DNA of 64,000 nucleotides from Centroscyllium fabricii (lineage: Eukaryota): the NCBI GenBank assembly GCA_051313645.2, contig JBNRSN020000007.1, positions 154,566,001 through 154,630,000 of the forward strand. The letters are read 5' to 3'. Under the pieces are notes generated by a model that saw nothing but the letters and a program-made list of their open reading frames with translations, was not told the DNA's origin and did no database searches. Below, piece by piece: positions 62,330-64,000 of this stretch. Every line of letters begins with the position of its first letter. Position 1 is the stretch's first letter. The translations under genes were made by a program, and so were the position numbers.

Positions 62330-63973
62330 CATAGAGTGATCCCAAAACTGTGCAGTTATCCCACACATGTAGAGTGATATCACCTCTGTAGAGGGATGCC
62401 ACATCTGCAGAGGGATCGCTCACCTTTAGAGTGAACCCACACCTGTAGAGAGATTCCATACCTGTACAGAGATCCCACTCATTTAGTGTGATCCCTCAAC
62501 TGTCAAGTGATCCCTCACCGGCAGCGTGATCCCACTACTGTAGAGTGATCCCACAGTTGTAGCATGATCCCTAAACTGTAGAGTGAATAAATGTATGTTA
62601 CAATGCTCTACTAATGTAATTTTTTTGTGTATGTTACAATGCTTTGGCAACAACGGTTGATACCATTCATGCCAATAAAGCTATTTGAATTGAATTGAAT
62701 TGAATTGAATCCACACCTGTAGAGTGATCCCACACCTGTAGAGTGATCCCTCTCCTGTAGAGTGAACTCACAATGGTAGCATGATTACACACCTGTAGAG
62801 GGACCTCTCTCATTTAGTGTGAGTGATCCCACATATGTAGAGAGATCACACACCTGTAGTGATTCCTCACCTGTAGAGTGATCCCTCATCTGTCAAGTGA
62901 TCCCACACCTGCAGAGTAATCACACACTTGTAGACTGATCCCAAGCCTGTAGAGAGATCTCAAGTCTGTAGACTAATCCCAAATGTGCAGCAGGGTCCAT
63001 CACCTGTAGATTGAACCCAGACCTGTAGATAAATCCCTCTCATTTAGTATGATCCCTCACCTGTAGAGAAATCATTCACCTGTAGAATTATCCCTCATCT
63101 GTAGCGTGATCCCATACCTGTAGAGTAATCCCACACTTGTAGAGTAATCCTACCACTGTAGAGTGATCCCACACCCGCAGAGTGATCCCACACCCGTAGA
63201 GTGATCCCACACCCGTAGAGTGATCCCACACCCGTAGAGTGATCCCACACCCATAGAGTGATCCCAAAACTGTGCAGTTATCCCACACATGTAGAGTGAT
63301 ATCACCTCTGTAGAGGGATGCCACATCTGCAGAGGGATCGCTCACCTTTAGAGTGAACCCACACCCGTAGAGAGATTCCATACCTGTACAGAGATCCCAC
63401 TCATTTAGTGTGATCCCTCAACTGTCAAGTGATCCCTCACCGGCAGCGTGGTCCCACTGCTGTAGAGTGATCCCACAGTTGTAGCATGATCCCTAAACTG
63501 TAGAGTGAATCCACACCTGTAGAGTGATCCCACACCTGTAGAGTGATCCCTCTCCTGTAGAGTGAACTCACAATGGTAGCATGATTTCACACCTGTAGAG
63601 GGACCTCTCTCATTTAGTGTGAGTGATCCCACATATGTAGAGAGATCACACACCTGTAGTGATTCCTCACCTGTAGAGTGATCCCTCATCTGTCAAGTGA
63701 TCCCACACCTGCAGAGTAATCACACACTTGTAGACTGATCCCAAGCCTGTAGAGAGATCTCAAGCCTGTAGACTAATCCCAAATGTGCAGCAGGGTCCAT
63801 CACCTGTAGATTGAACTCAGACCTGTAGATAAATCCCTCATTTAGTATGATCCCTCACCTGTAGATAAATCATTCACCTGTAGAATTATCCCTCATCTGT
63901 AGCGTGATCCCATACCTGTAGAGTAATCCCACACTTGTAGAGTAATCCTACCACTGTAGAGTGATCCCACACC
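62330..63973 (+). repeat. Tandem duplication of a diverged satellite block (~0.7-0.8 kb)
   Basis: CCCAAAACTGTGCAG at 62341 and 63263 (offset 922). The offset falls to 800 after the 122-bp insertion in copy 1. Confidence 0.9.
62589..62710 (+). mobile_element. 122-bp LINE 3' tip with AATAAA and (GAATT)n tail
   Basis: Absent from the paralogous satellite copy at ~63501-63520. Confidence 0.8.
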
Positions 63974-64000
63974 TGTAGAGTGATGACAAACCTGTAGAGT

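Larger units (their letters stand above)
5841..64000 (+). repeat. 19-bp tandem satellite, consensus CACCTGTAGAGTGATCCC(T/A), interrupted by transposons
   Basis: Period 19 directly visible (e.g. 15608, 15627, 15646). Same orientation throughout. Runs off the window end. Confidence 0.98.

Noticed and set aside
6100-64000. Dozens of minus-strand ORFs with repeats like RDHSTGEGSLYRCGITLQV (up to 190 aa at 27442-28014), loosely resembling C2H2 linkers (HTGEKPY)
   Set aside because: Three 19-bp monomers give a 19-aa period, and the CCCA variant has no minus-strand stop. ORFs occur in all frames, with no CxxC...HxxxH spacing and frequent indels.

Overview
Eukaryotic repeat DNA with no host gene. 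The CR1, V-SINE and Penelope-like content points to a cartilaginous fish (inference). Bases 1-5.8 kb are a nest of CR1 LINE fragments with smaller insertions. From ~5840 to the window end runs a single-orientation 19-bp satellite (CACCTGTAGAGTGATCCC[T/A]) with local higher-order duplications. It is invaded by two decayed Ty3/Gypsy LTR retrotransposons (7347-10923, 18217-23073), two solo LTRs, a near-intact Rex1/Babar-type LINE (11877-15290), CR1 and RTE fragments and V-SINEs. The short minus-strand 'RDHSTGVGSLYRCGITLQV' ORFs are satellite artefacts. Main finding: both Gypsy elements lack a tRNA-type (TGG) primer-binding site. Instead, the 14 nt after the 5' LTR are complementary to the AATAAA-containing segment of their own LTR, with different but co-varying sequences in the two families. 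Both also encode YLDN instead of YxDD in RT, and the one intact PPT sits in a hairpin. This suggests a tRNA-independent (self-priming and/or poly(A)-occluding) non-chromovirus Gypsy lineage. Coordinates were read by eye, and novelty against Repbase/Dfam was not checked.
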